Counted from the first letter of the stretch, positions 51,476-61,927 are shown. The stretch: 64,000 bases of DNA from Promethearchaeota archaeon (GCA_019058245.1 JAHPZJ010000019.1:46697-110696); one strand, 5' to 3'. Notes: generated by a model not told the origin, from the letters alone. Numbers and translations: made by a program.

Positions 51476-52550
51476 TATCTTTAAACCAAGCAATAGTCTT
51501 TTTTAATCCTTCTTCTAGAGATGTTGATGGCTCCCAATTTAGAATTTCTTTTGCCTTTCTTAAATCAGCGCACCTGTATAAAGGATCATCAATAGGTAAA
51601 GGTTTAAAAACTATTTTTGAATTGGAATTAGTTAAATCTTTTATAACTTTCGCTAACTCTATGATAGTATATTCCTTATTATTGCCTAAGTTAATTACTT
51701 CTCCAATTGCTTTCTCTTCATGTACCATTTTAAGTAATCCCTCAATTTCATCTACAACATAAATAAATGATCTAGTCTGAGATCCATCTCCAAATACCGT
51801 TATATCTTCATCATTTAAAGCTTGATGTATAAAGTTAGGAACAACTCTTCCGAATTCTGGACCATATCGTATTCTTGGACCAGAGGTATTAAAAATCCGC
51901 ACAATTTTCGCTTTCATTTTATGTTGGAGTTCATAAGCCTTAATAAAAGCCTCCCCTGCTCTCTTAGATTCATCATAACAACTACGAGGTCCAACAGGGT
52001 TTACGTTTCCAAAATAACTTTCAGGAGTTGGAATAACTTCTTTTGGTGGATTCCCATAGACTTCGGAAGTGCTTGTATAAAAGAAAATTGCATTATGGAA
52101 TTTTGCAATTCCTAGGGTATTTAATGTTCCTAATGTATTACTTCTAAGAATTGAGATTGGCTCTTGCTTAAATTCAAATGGAGACGCTCTACTAGCCATA
52201 TGCATTACAATATCAATTTTCTTAATATCAGCGATACATATGCCCAAGGGATGAAATGAAAAACCAAAGTAAATAGGATAAGAGATATCGTGATTAATGA
52301 AGCGAAAATTATCTTTTTTCATGAGGTGGCTTATATTTTCAGGACGACCTGAAGATAAGTTATCTAAACATATGCAATACGCACCTTGAGTAATCAAAAC
52401 GTCACATATCCAAGATCCAAGAAAACCAGCTCCTCCAGTGACCAAAATAGTTTTGCCTTCAAATGAAATATTCTCTTTCTCAAGTCTTCTTATTATTTCT
52501 TGAATATCATCGTTTATCTTATAATTCAATTTTTTTACCTTCTTACACAT
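51468..52550 (-). CDS. UDP-glucuronate decarboxylase-like NAD-dependent epimerase/dehydratase
   Basis: TGGAGFLGS, STSEVYG, GPRSCYDESKR, RIFNT.GPR, GDGSQTRSF. Confidence 0.92.
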   Translation of the reverse strand: MCKKVKKLNYKINDDIQEIIRRLEKENISFEGKTILVTGGAGFLGSWICDVLITQGAYCICLDNLSSGRPENISHLMKKDNFRFINHDISYPIYFGFSFHPLGICIADIKKIDIVMHMASRASPFEFKQEPISILRSNTLGTLNTLGIAKFHNAIFFYTSTSEVYGNPPKEVIPTPESYFGNVNPVGPRSCYDESKRAGEAFIKAYELQHKMKAKIVRIFNTSGPRIRYGPEFGRVVPNFIHQALNDEDITVFGDGSQTRSFIYVVDEIEGLLKMVHEEKAIGEVINLGNNKEYTIIELAKVIKDLTNSNSKIVFKPLPIDDPLYRCADLRKAKEILNWEPSTSLEEGLKKTIAWFKDNE

Positions 52551-52704
52551 TAATATACTTGTTTTTATTTATTTTAGTAAATAAATTTTTCTTTAAGAGA
52601 AAAGCAGATCTTTAAAATCTAATTTTGCTCACAAATCTTAATTATACGATTTGAAAAAGCAAACAAGTTAATAAAATTATAATTCTAATTGTAAACAAGA
52701 ATGT

Positions 52705-53289
52705 TTAAGAGTTTTTCGCACCACAATATTGACAAAATTTTAATTCTAGTGGATACATCTTTCCACAATTAGGGCATTTCTTTAAAGAAGTCTTAAGGAT
52801 TTCTCTTCCTAACATTTCAAAAGCCGTTTCCACATTTTCACCAGTTTTTGAAGAAGTACCAAGCATTTCGCCAGTAAATTTATATTTTTCAAAGATTTTT
52901 AAAGCCTCTTCTCTTTTTACTTTTCTTTTTAAATCAATTTTCGCCTCAATTAATATTTTTGTTTTAGGTGGATTAGGAACGGAGGAAATTACATTTATCC
53001 AGTCGTGAAGATCATTTAGAGATTCTTCATTTGTTATATCATACAGTATTAAAGCGCCAGAAGCGCCAGACACATAAGAAGGGAAGAGGAGACGGAACTT
53101 TTTTTCTCCAGCAAAGTCCCAGATGTTTAAGAGTATTTCCGTATCATCAACGATTAGTTTTTTAGTTTCAAAATCGACACCGATTGTAGATAATGTAGAT
53201 TTTTCGAATTTCCCTGTAGCAAAACGGCGAAGTAAACTAGTTTTTCCAACATTTTTAGCCCCTGCAACAACTACTTTGAATTTTATCAT
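52705..53289 (-). CDS. Rab-like small GTPase with C-terminal zinc ribbon
   Basis: GAKNVGKT, STIGVDF, WDFAGE, AKID, TSSK; CPNC...CQYC. Confidence 0.92.
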   Translation of the reverse strand: MIKFKVVVAGAKNVGKTSLLRRFATGKFEKSTLSTIGVDFETKKLIVDDTEILLNIWDFAGEKKFRLLFPSYVSGASGALILYDITNEESLNDLHDWINVISSVPNPPKTKILIEAKIDLKRKVKREEALKIFEKYKFTGEMLGTSSKTGENVETAFEMLGREILKTSLKKCPNCGKMYPLELKFCQYCGAKNS

Positions 53290-53425
53290 TACTCTCTTTG
53301 CTCAGCTTTTTTTTTAACTAGTTTCTTTACTCAATAAAAAGCACTATTACTTTAAATTATTATTGAAGTAATTAAAAATATTTTTTATGGTTTTTTTTAA
53401 TTTAGAGACTTATCAATACTTGAAT

Positions 53426-55771
53426 TTAGGAGCTATTTTTATATTTAAACCTGCTAATTCTATATATTTCTTGAGCAATTTTTTTTCCTATATTTTCAAT
53501 TTTTGTTAAATCAGGAATATCTGACAAAAAAATATTTTGTAAAGTCTTTAATTCTTTCAATAGACTTTTTGCTCGAAGTGTATTTACACCAGGTATTCCC
53601 GCGACGATATACTCTAATAATTGAGAAATTTCAATAGGGGCTTTATCAAATCTTAACTTTATTGTAGATTTTGTAAATGATTGTTCTTTTTTTGCAAGAT
53701 GATATAAAAATTGAGCCGTCTCGATTGAATTTTCCGTTTTATAGATTGATATACCTAAATTAACTATTATTGAAGTTAAAGCGCCATAGAGAGCATTTTC
53801 ACTGATATTTGAAACTTTAAATGGATTTCCTTCTAAGATTAAAATTGGTCGTGAAAAATTTTCTCCAAGTTCACTTAATTCACTAAATAGTCGACCATCT
53901 ATTATGGAATCATTAAAATCTTTCGCAGATTTCCTTTCAATTCCTACCCTTTCTGATATAATATAATCAGCAACTTGTAATTGCTCTAATTTCAAATTTA
54001 CTCCCATTAATGACAAAGCTCTTACTACTGGAGATGCGGTTTCACGATTATCACAAACGATTTCAAAATCACCTGCAACATCCACTTTCTTAATTGAACT
54101 TAAATCGGTAGTATTTTGCTCTATTGAATCGGTTCCTCCATGTTTCTCAGGAGATATGAAATTTAAAAGATTAGATTGCCCTATTCTCGATTGAATTTCA
54201 GAATTTTTAATTCTTTCTAAACTTACTTTCATATTTTTTTCCTTCGTTTTTTCCGCCCAATAATATCCTTCATCTCGAGTGTTCTCTGCCATCAAAACAA
54301 AAACTTTTCCTTCCTTTTTTCTACCTGTACGACCTCTACGTTGAATAGACCGTATAGCACTAGGAACAACATCATAAAAAACTACTAGATCACATTCTTC
54401 AATATCTAAACCTTCCTCAGCAACACTAGTACCTACTAATGTATTATATATTCCCTCTTTAAATTCTTTTAATAATCTTATCTGTTCTTTTTGAGTTAAA
54501 CCTTTATCTGAACCTTTTTTTGCTTGCCCTACGAACTTGTGCATTTTTATAATATCATTTTCTTTAAAAAATTTCACTATATTATTTACAGAATCTCGAA
54601 AATGACAAAAAACTAGAATCCTTGAATCTAGATTTTTATTTATTTGATTAATTAAAATTTTTTTTAGTTCTTCTATTTTTGGGTGAATTATTCCTTCAGA
54701 ATATAGATCGTAAGTTAATTTTTGTACTTTTTTAAAATCTTTGTCATTAAATAATTCTCTTAATGATTTATTTGCTGTGTTTTTCCTTATCTTTTCTTCA
54801 TTTTTTTTGAAATAATCTTTAAGAGAACTAATTCCTTGAGTTTCTATTAATTCGGTCATATGAGATAATCTGATTGCATTAGCTGTTATCTTTTTTGCAT
54901 TAAATAACTGGAACTTATGATCGTCATCTCTAGCTGCAGAAATTCTTTTGTTAATTAGATTATTTAACTTTAAAAGATCCTTTCTAGTGATTTTGGAGAT
55001 ATCGTATGAGTCTATCAGATCATTTTCCTTTAAGATTTTATAACTAGAGCGTAATTTATCCTCTAAGATTCTTTTTATTTCTAAAAATTCGCTTGGAAGC
55101 TTAATTTTTATCCATTCATTATCAACTTGATGGATGTAGGGTTTCACATCCAAATCTTTTTCTGTTCTGATTTCAATGTGATCAATGTATAGATTATCTT
55201 TAATTTCATTTATCTTACCCTCAGTTGAACCAGGACTAGCTGTAAGCCCTAATATTTGCATATTACTTACATTTTCTCGATATTTTTTAGCAATAAAGCA
55301 GTATGCATAATCACCGACAGCTCTATGACATTCATCAAAAATTATTAAAGATACATCTTTAATTGAATATAAATTTGAAATTAAATCATTTTGAAGTACT
55401 TGAGGAGTCATAAAAGCAATTCTTATACCTTTCCATAATTGTTTTCTTTTTTCAGGGATAATTGTACCAGTAAGAGTAATAAGTGATTCTTCAGGGAGTT
55501 TAGTCAATTTTAAAAAGGAATTATAGTGTTGTTCTACCAAAGGCTTTGTAGGTGCCAATAGTATCACTTTTGATTTTTCGATTTCCGTCAATCTTTGTAC
55601 GGTCAGCATAAGGGCTATTATCGTTTTTCCTAAACCTGTAGGGATGACCACTAAACAATTTCGATTCAAGCAATTAATGAAAATATTTTCCTGATAATCC
55701 CGTCGAGATATTGTATTTTCCTTAATTAATGGGTGAGACAAAAAATCTTCATTGACTTTTACAAATATCAC
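53426..55771 (-). CDS. hef: Hef helicase-nuclease (FANCM/XPF-like)
   Basis: PTGLGKT, DECH, TAS, QRRGRTGR; ERCC4 motif D.RE...ADY...ERK; C-terminal HhH2. Confidence 0.95.
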   Translation of the reverse strand: MIFVKVNEDFLSHPLIKENTISRRDYQENIFINCLNRNCLVVIPTGLGKTIIALMLTVQRLTEIEKSKVILLAPTKPLVEQHYNSFLKLTKLPEESLITLTGTIIPEKRKQLWKGIRIAFMTPQVLQNDLISNLYSIKDVSLIIFDECHRAVGDYAYCFIAKKYRENVSNMQILGLTASPGSTEGKINEIKDNLYIDHIEIRTEKDLDVKPYIHQVDNEWIKIKLPSEFLEIKRILEDKLRSSYKILKENDLIDSYDISKITRKDLLKLNNLINKRISAARDDDHKFQLFNAKKITANAIRLSHMTELIETQGISSLKDYFKKNEEKIRKNTANKSLRELFNDKDFKKVQKLTYDLYSEGIIHPKIEELKKILINQINKNLDSRILVFCHFRDSVNNIVKFFKENDIIKMHKFVGQAKKGSDKGLTQKEQIRLLKEFKEGIYNTLVGTSVAEEGLDIEECDLVVFYDVVPSAIRSIQRRGRTGRKKEGKVFVLMAENTRDEGYYWAEKTKEKNMKVSLERIKNSEIQSRIGQSNLLNFISPEKHGGTDSIEQNTTDLSSIKKVDVAGDFEIVCDNRETASPVVRALSLMGVNLKLEQLQVADYIISERVGIERKSAKDFNDSIIDGRLFSELSELGENFSRPILILEGNPFKVSNISENALYGALTSIIVNLGISIYKTENSIETAQFLYHLAKKEQSFTKSTIKLRFDKAPIEISQLLEYIVAGIPGVNTLRAKSLLKELKTLQNIFLSDIPDLTKIENIGKKIAQEIYRISRFKYKNSS

Positions 55772-55962
55772 CAGTATATATAAGAATGCTTTAACTTTTG
55801 AATATTAATTATATTGAAATATTTAAACTATCAGACTTTATAAGATCTTTAAAAAATACTAAAATTCTTAAATCGATTTACTAATAATTTAATAAATAAA
55901 ATATCATTTCAGAATAGAGTAAGATTTAATTCGTATAACTCATTTATTATAAATCAAGCTAA

Positions 55963-56066
55963 GCGCGAGTGGTCTAGTGGTATGACGACATTTATAATGT
56001 TAATAGCAGCTAAAACGTTAAACGCTCACACCGTGTAAATCAAGGGTTCAATTCCCTTCTCGCGCA
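55963..56066 (+). tRNA. tRNA-Val(CAC) with a 32-nt intron
   Basis: Acceptor stem GCGCGAG/CTCGCGC plus discriminator A; D arm GTCTAGTGGTATGAC; spliced anticodon arm ACACG-CTCACAC-CGTGT; T arm AAGGG-TTCAATT-CCCTT; CCA not encoded. Confidence 0.9.
55990..56021 (+). other. tRNA intron at non-canonical position 28/29
   Basis: Central helix GACG/CGTT, cut sites AC^A and AA^A, intron stem TTT/AAA; removal restores the anticodon stem. Confidence 0.8.
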
Positions 56067-56191
56067 TTATTTATCTTTGATTGATTTATTTCTTTGGATA
56101 CTTTAAAATTGTCTTAAAAGGCAAAAAACATAAAAGTTATATGAAATCATACATTTTAAAATTTTAAATTACTCTTTTTTTAGGTTGTATT

Positions 56192-56494
56192 ATGTCTAGT
56201 TTTTTAGAATCTCGGGATTTACGCAAACAATATAAGAAAGTTAGAAAATATGTAAAAATTGGACCAATTTTCTTAACTAGATATGAAAAAGCGAGAATTG
56301 TGGGAGCAAGGGCTCTTCAGATATCATATGGAGCACCTATTTTAGTGGATAAACCTAAAAACATGATAGATCCAATAAAAATTGCTCAATTAGAGCTCAG
56401 ATCAAGAATTCTTCCGCTAACTATAAGACGTGAATTTCCTTCGGGTGAAAATCAAGACATTCCCATAAGTAAACTAATTCTAAAAAAAGATTAA
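56192..56494 (+). CDS. rpoK: RNA polymerase subunit Rpo6/K
   Basis: [27 protein letters not shown]. Confidence 0.96.
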   Translation: MSSFLESRDLRKQYKKVRKYVKIGPIFLTRYEKARIVGARALQISYGAPILVDKPKNMIDPIKIAQLELRSRILPLTIRREFPSGENQDIPISKLILKKD

Positions 56495-56601
56495 TTTCTG
56501 CAAAAATTTAAAGAGAGATTTTTCTTACTTGTATATTTTCCTTTTTAAAATCTATTTTGAAAAAAAATTACCTAGAAACTAATTCAAAATTTACACTATA
56601 A

Positions 56602-57693
56602 TTAAATTATGAAATTTCTAGCTTTAAGTAATTCAGCGGTCAAAATCGAACCTCCCGCAGCACCTCTTATGGTATTATGGCTTAATGAAACAAATTTAAA
56701 ATCGAATACATTGTCTTTCCTTAATCTTCCTATAGTTAAAGCCATTCCTTTATCATTATCTCTGTCCTTTTTAGGCTGAGGTCTATTTTCATTTTCCAAA
56801 TAAATTATAGGACGTTTTGGGGCAAAGGGTAGGCGTAATTTTTGAGGTTCTGATTTAAAATCAGACCAGATTTTGATTATTTCATCTTTATTAGGGGCTT
56901 TATCTTTAAATTTCATATGCACACTTGCCATATGACCGTCAACAACGGGAACTCTTGTACACGTAGCACTTATCTTCATAGTATCATTATTTATTATTCC
57001 ATTTTCTTCTACACTACCTAAAATTTTCAATGGTTCTTTTTCAGTCTTTTCTTCTTCTCCATCAATATAAGGAATGACATTATCAATTATGTCTAAAGAA
57101 GGAACACCTGGATATCCCGCTCCGGATATGGCTCCAAGTGTAGTAATTATTAATTTATCAATTTTATATCCTGCTTTTTCTAGAGCATAGATTGCTGTAA
57201 GATAACTTTGAAGAGTGCAATTTGGTTTAACTGCTACAAATCCTCTTGAAAATCCTCGATTTTTTTGCTGAATAGGAATTACATTCACATGGCTATGGTT
57301 TATTTCTCCAATGATCATTGGAACATCAGGAGTCCATCTGTGTGCAGAATTATTACTAATAACAGGGATTCCTTTTTTAGCATATTTTAATTCTATTTCT
57401 TTTATTTGATTCTTAGTCGGCATTTTTATAGCTGAAAATAAAAAACTAATATTCGAAGGGATAGAATCAAAATCTAGTACATCCCTCACTATTAAATTTT
57501 TCAGATCTTCAGGAATTGGAATAGGCATCTGCCATTTTGCTTTAACTGCTTCCTCATATGATTTACCTGCTGAGTTTGGAGATGCTGCAACATCAATGAT
57601 TTCAAACCAAGGATGATTTTGTAATAATTGAATATAATTTTGTCCTACTATTCCTGTAGCACCAAGAATCGAAACTTTTGATTTCTCTATCAA
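56602..57693 (-). CDS. asd: Aspartate-semialdehyde dehydrogenase
   Basis: GATGIVGQ, PNCT, SGAG.PGV, CTRVPV.DGH, HNTIRGAAG. Confidence 0.95.
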   Translation of the reverse strand: MIEKSKVSILGATGIVGQNYIQLLQNHPWFEIIDVAASPNSAGKSYEEAVKAKWQMPIPIPEDLKNLIVRDVLDFDSIPSNISFLFSAIKMPTKNQIKEIELKYAKKGIPVISNNSAHRWTPDVPMIIGEINHSHVNVIPIQQKNRGFSRGFVAVKPNCTLQSYLTAIYALEKAGYKIDKLIITTLGAISGAGYPGVPSLDIIDNVIPYIDGEEEKTEKEPLKILGSVEENGIINNDTMKISATCTRVPVVDGHMASVHMKFKDKAPNKDEIIKIWSDFKSEPQKLRLPFAPKRPIIYLENENRPQPKKDRDNDKGMALTIGRLRKDNVFDFKFVSLSHNTIRGAAGGSILTAELLKARNFII

Positions 57694-57783
57694 TTAAATC
57701 ATCTCAATATTACTTCTGTTAGGTTTACATATGAATATATAATAAAAATTCATTTTATTCGCCCTAATTATAAACTTAGTTCA

Positions 57784-58683
57784 TTAATTAATATTCAAAT
57801 CCAATAAAACTTTATCAATTCGAATTTGGTTTTGTTCTGTAGGGAACACTAAAGGTGGTCGCATATACCAATTTGAGATTCCAGCAATTTTTAATCTTGA
57901 CGCAATGTATTTTACTGGACTTGGATTTGTTTCACACGTTAATGCTTCAAAAAATGGATAGAGTTCTAAATGAATATCATTTGCCTGGTTTTGCCCACTT
58001 TTTAAACAAGCGTCAATAAATGTCACCATCCGATCTGGAATGATATTAGCCGCGACACTTATTACTCCAACTCCTCCGAGTGAGCAAATGTGAAATGTCA
58101 ATTCATCATCACCAGATATTACGTGGAAATTCGGATTGTCTCTTGTACCTAGAATGATTTCAGTTATTTGATTGATATCACCACTCGCTTCTTTAATACC
58201 GATAATATTATCAATTTTACTTAATTTAATGATAGTTATTGAATCCATATTTCGTCCAGTTCGATGAGGACTGTTATACATTATTATTGGTATATCCACT
58301 TTCTCTGCTATTGCTGTAAAATGTTTTATCAATCCTGCTTGAGTTGGTTTATTGTAATATGGTATTATTGACAAAACTGCATCTGCACCAATATCTTTAG
58401 CGTATTTAGTCAATGTAATTGCTTCTGCTGTAGAATTACTGCCCGCTCCTACGATAATAGGGACACACCCATTTGCTTGGTCTATTACTATTTCCATCAC
58501 TCTAAGGTGTTCAGAATGGGACAATGTTGGTGATTCACCAGTAGTTCCACACGGAACCAAAGCATGTGAACCTTTTTCTATTTGATAATCTACAAAATCT
58601 CTTAGAGATTCTTCATCAACTTCGAGATTTGAATCGAAAGGTGTGATTAACGCAGTTAAGATTCCTCCAAATTTGTAACTCAT
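57784..58683 (-). CDS. dapA: 4-hydroxy-tetrahydrodipicolinate synthase
   Basis: ALITPF, GTTGES, PYYNKP, MYN.P.RTG, GIKEASG; ATG at 58683. Confidence 0.95.
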   Translation of the reverse strand: MSYKFGGILTALITPFDSNLEVDEESLRDFVDYQIEKGSHALVPCGTTGESPTLSHSEHLRVMEIVIDQANGCVPIIVGAGSNSTAEAITLTKYAKDIGADAVLSIIPYYNKPTQAGLIKHFTAIAEKVDIPIIMYNSPHRTGRNMDSITIIKLSKIDNIIGIKEASGDINQITEIILGTRDNPNFHVISGDDELTFHICSLGGVGVISVAANIIPDRMVTFIDACLKSGQNQANDIHLELYPFFEALTCETNPSPVKYIASRLKIAGISNWYMRPPLVFPTEQNQIRIDKVLLDLNIN

Positions 58684-58809
58684 TTTTAAACCACTATTTT
58701 CTTTTTCATATTTCTGATATATAATCACTACATTATCTAGAATGGATTATATTTAAGTTTTATGTATTTATCATCATCCATACCAACCCAAATTGAACTA
58801 AACCAAGAT

Positions 58810-58832
58810 AGGTTAACATGTTAACTTAACCT
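58810..58832. promoter_or_regulatory. Nested palindrome upstream of dapA-asd, possible operator
   Basis: Perfect palindrome GTTAACATGTTAAC (58812-58825), overlapped by AGGTTAA...TTAACCT. Confidence 0.35.
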
Positions 58833-59194
58833 GTATTTTAATTTCAAAATAACTTATAAAATAATCCCATACAATAATTATCTCTAGTATTAAGAAGCTA
58901 TGCATTAAAGAAATGATATCAGAATTAGGAAACAACAGAGACGATTTTTGAAAGGATTATTTTATATAGCACTTGCTATAATGCTTCCCCTTCTTGGAGA
59001 ACTTATCCTTTGTTTGATTTTTCAAACGATATATTCGTCTCTTAAACATAATTATAAAATAAAAAACTCCCTTAATATTAATATTTTTTCCTAAAAATTG
59101 TCAAAATAAGGAGATTTGCACTTTTTTTTTAATAAAATACCTTAAATCAACATTAATCAAATTAATTTTGAAAAAGGATTAGTCAAGTTCAAGC

Positions 59195-59653
59195 TTATTG
59201 AACACGGTATTTTCCCCGTTCAGTTAAAAAATAAACATTTTTATCACCAACCAATTCCGATTCTATATATCCTTTAGTAATTAAATCTTCGAGAATTTCT
59301 TCTAATTCTGCTTTTTTAAACCCAGGAATACCTAAAGGAATTCTTGACTGATTAGCTATAATAGCAATTCGTTCTAAAAATAATCTTTTACCCATGAATG
59401 ATTCTAGAATCGTGATCTCATCATTTGAAAGTTTTTCAAATTGATCATGTTCTATATATTGTTCTTTTAGAGTTTGTGCAAGAGTTCTAGTTTCTGGACT
59501 TATCTCTTGCTTTTTTACTTCAACATGCTTTAGCGTAACCAAATCCTTTGCAACCTGTTGCTTTTTTTTTTTAGAAGATAATTTTAATTGATCTTCTAAA
59601 CTCTTTATTTCTTCATTCTCTTTTTCGGGGGACTCATTATTTTTATTTTCCAT
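59195..59653 (-). CDS. Hypothetical protein with C-terminal winged helix
   Basis: Charged N-terminus; LEDLITKGYIE...YFLTERG wing motif. Confidence 0.7.
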   Translation of the reverse strand: MENKNNESPEKENEEIKSLEDQLKLSSKKKKQQVAKDLVTLKHVEVKKQEISPETRTLAQTLKEQYIEHDQFEKLSNDEITILESFMGKRLFLERIAIIANQSRIPLGIPGFKKAELEEILEDLITKGYIESELVGDKNVYFLTERGKYRVQ

Positions 59654-59698
59654 AATAATACCATAAGGAATTTAATTATAAAAATTTATATTTAAGTA

Positions 59699-60265
59699 AT
59701 GAAAAAGGTCTTAGAATTAAAAAATGGAGAAACTGTAATTATACGACATTTAACCAAATCAGATGTTAATGGGGTTTGGTTTAATTTTAATGAGGTAATA
59801 GAAGAAGGACTTTATTTACCCGTATTCTTCCCGGTGAAAAGTCAATTAGAAAGAGATACCTGGTATGTTAATGTTAAAAGAGAAAAGGAGGTCTGTATAA
59901 TAGCAGAAAATCGGGCTTTAGAAAAACCTTGTAACATAATAGGACAATGTGAAATATCTAATCTCGAATGGGACGCCGCGGCTCATGTAGGAGTATTAGG
60001 TATTATTATAAGAGAAAAATATAGAAACCTCTATATAGGGAGATCTCTAATTGATTTTGCTATTCGTGAATCTAAAAAATTGAACAATAAAAAAAAAATT
60101 ATTCTCAGCAGTTTTTCAACTAACGAAAGAGCACTCCACCTTTTTAAAAAACTAGGTTTTAGAGTTGTAGGCGCAAGAAAAAAACAATTTCTAATGAATT
60201 CTCATTATATTGATGAGATTTTGATGGAACTATGGATTGATGACTATCTCAATGATCATTCTTAG
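59699..60265 (+). CDS. GNAT family acetyltransferase
   Basis: LGI.I..KYRN..IG, N.RA..LF.KLGF...G. Confidence 0.9.
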   Translation: MKKVLELKNGETVIIRHLTKSDVNGVWFNFNEVIEEGLYLPVFFPVKSQLERDTWYVNVKREKEVCIIAENRALEKPCNIIGQCEISNLEWDAAAHVGVLGIIIREKYRNLYIGRSLIDFAIRESKKLNNKKKIILSSFSTNERALHLFKKLGFRVVGARKKQFLMNSHYIDEILMELWIDDYLNDHS

Positions 60266-60332
60266 ATCTTTATATCTCGTTTAATATTATCATTTCCTTT
60301 TGAATCTTAATAGGAATCTCTGAGGTTAACAC

Positions 60333-61775
60333 TTACGGAAATTTAAATCTCTTTTTAAAATATTCCCAACTTTCTTTATCTAAAGGATTCTCATTTAAAA
60401 ATAAGAAATTAAGGTTTTTCAAGCATTTTATACTCTCATTGTTAAATTTTGATATATGATTTCGTCCTATGTATAAAATAATTAAATTATCTAAACCTTC
60501 AAAACCCTCTAATTCTTCTATACTATTATTATCCAAATATAATTCTTGTAGATTATTTAAAGTACTTAACCCTTTAATTTTTTTAATCTTATTCTTAGAC
60601 AATTCCATTTTTTTTAAGTTCACCTGATTTTCAAGGGACTCGATATCGTTTATTAAATTATTTGAGAGGTATAATCCTTTAAGCTGATGAAGATTTAATA
60701 AACCACTAATTTGAGAGATTTTATTATCATTAAGATGTAGCCACATTAAATTTTGCAGATTATTAAGACCACTTATCTTCTCAATTTTATTATTAGCAAG
60801 ATTTAATCTATTTAATTGCTCCAAACATTCTAGATTTTTAATTTCTGAAATTTGATTATAACTTAGATTTAAATGTTCTATTTTCACTAAATTTGATAGG
60901 TTATCAATTTCTCCTATTTGATTATGATTTAAAAATAATTTTTTTAAATTACATAGGGAATCCAAGCTATTAATTCTTCGAATTTTATTATATGACATAT
61001 TTAACTCTTCTAAATTAATTAAATCCTCTAAATTTTCAATTTTTTCTAATTTATTATAAGCTAAATCCAATGTTCTTAATTTTGTCAAGATTTGGATTCC
61101 CTCTATACTTTCAAGTTTATTCCGCGCTAACTGTAGATGTTCTAAATCATTCAAATCATTTAGTCCTAAAATATTTGAGATTTTATTTAAATTTGAACTC
61201 TCACAATTTAAAGAGAATATCTTTCCACCCTTCAAGGTTACATGGTATCCACATTTCTTCATATAAAAAATCTTTAAAATTAAATTAATACATATACTAA
61301 GTAAAGCTTCAGGGATAGAATTTATTGGTCTAAATTCATATATCTCTTGTAGATCTTTACTTATTTTACTACTAAATTCATTTTCAATTAAATTCTTAAG
61401 AAAATCTATTACTGTTTTTCGTGCTTTAACACTATCTAATAAATTTAGAGTTCTTACTGCAAAAAGCTGCAATTCAACATTATCATCTTTTTTCAAGATA
61501 AATTCCAATAACGGAATTAACTTCTTATTGCTCGAATATTTTTCTTTTAAAATTTGTCCAGCAATTATTCTAATTTGAAGATTTTCATCAGATAGAAATA
61601 ATTGTTCAAAAAATTTGAAATTTTTACCTTCTTCAATCGATCCCAAAATCTCTAGCGCTTGCGCTCTCAACTTCCCTTCATTTGAATCTAAAATCCAATT
61701 TTTTAAAAGATTTTTTGCTTCAGAAATACCGATCTTATTAATTCTATCTTTTATTTCTTGAGGAGAAGGTGTCAT
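60333..61775 (-). CDS. HEAT-repeat plus SDS22-type leucine-rich repeat protein
   Basis: N-terminal HEAT-like helices; about 12 tandem 22-aa LxxLxLxxNxIxxIxxL repeats. Confidence 0.9.
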   Translation of the reverse strand: MTPSPQEIKDRINKIGISEAKNLLKNWILDSNEGKLRAQALEILGSIEEGKNFKFFEQLFLSDENLQIRIIAGQILKEKYSSNKKLIPLLEFILKKDDNVELQLFAVRTLNLLDSVKARKTVIDFLKNLIENEFSSKISKDLQEIYEFRPINSIPEALLSICINLILKIFYMKKCGYHVTLKGGKIFSLNCESSNLNKISNILGLNDLNDLEHLQLARNKLESIEGIQILTKLRTLDLAYNKLEKIENLEDLINLEELNMSYNKIRRINSLDSLCNLKKLFLNHNQIGEIDNLSNLVKIEHLNLSYNQISEIKNLECLEQLNRLNLANNKIEKISGLNNLQNLMWLHLNDNKISQISGLLNLHQLKGLYLSNNLINDIESLENQVNLKKMELSKNKIKKIKGLSTLNNLQELYLDNNSIEELEGFEGLDNLIILYIGRNHISKFNNESIKCLKNLNFLFLNENPLDKESWEYFKKRFKFP

Positions 61776-61927
61776 ATCTCATTATCTATAAAGAATAATA
61801 ATATTTAAGGTTAAAATTATAAAGTGTGCATTAGCAATAGTTTTTGATCTATAAGGATTTAGTACTTAAATTAAAAAGAATTACGTCTTACAAAAAAGAA
61901 ATTTTATCATTAAGTAGGAATGATTAA

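Noticed and set aside
58912-59132. Start-less frame with a hydrophobic stretch (FLKGLFYIALAIMLPLLGELILCLIF)
   Set aside because: Stop codon immediately upstream, no convincing start or homology; may be chance in AT-rich DNA
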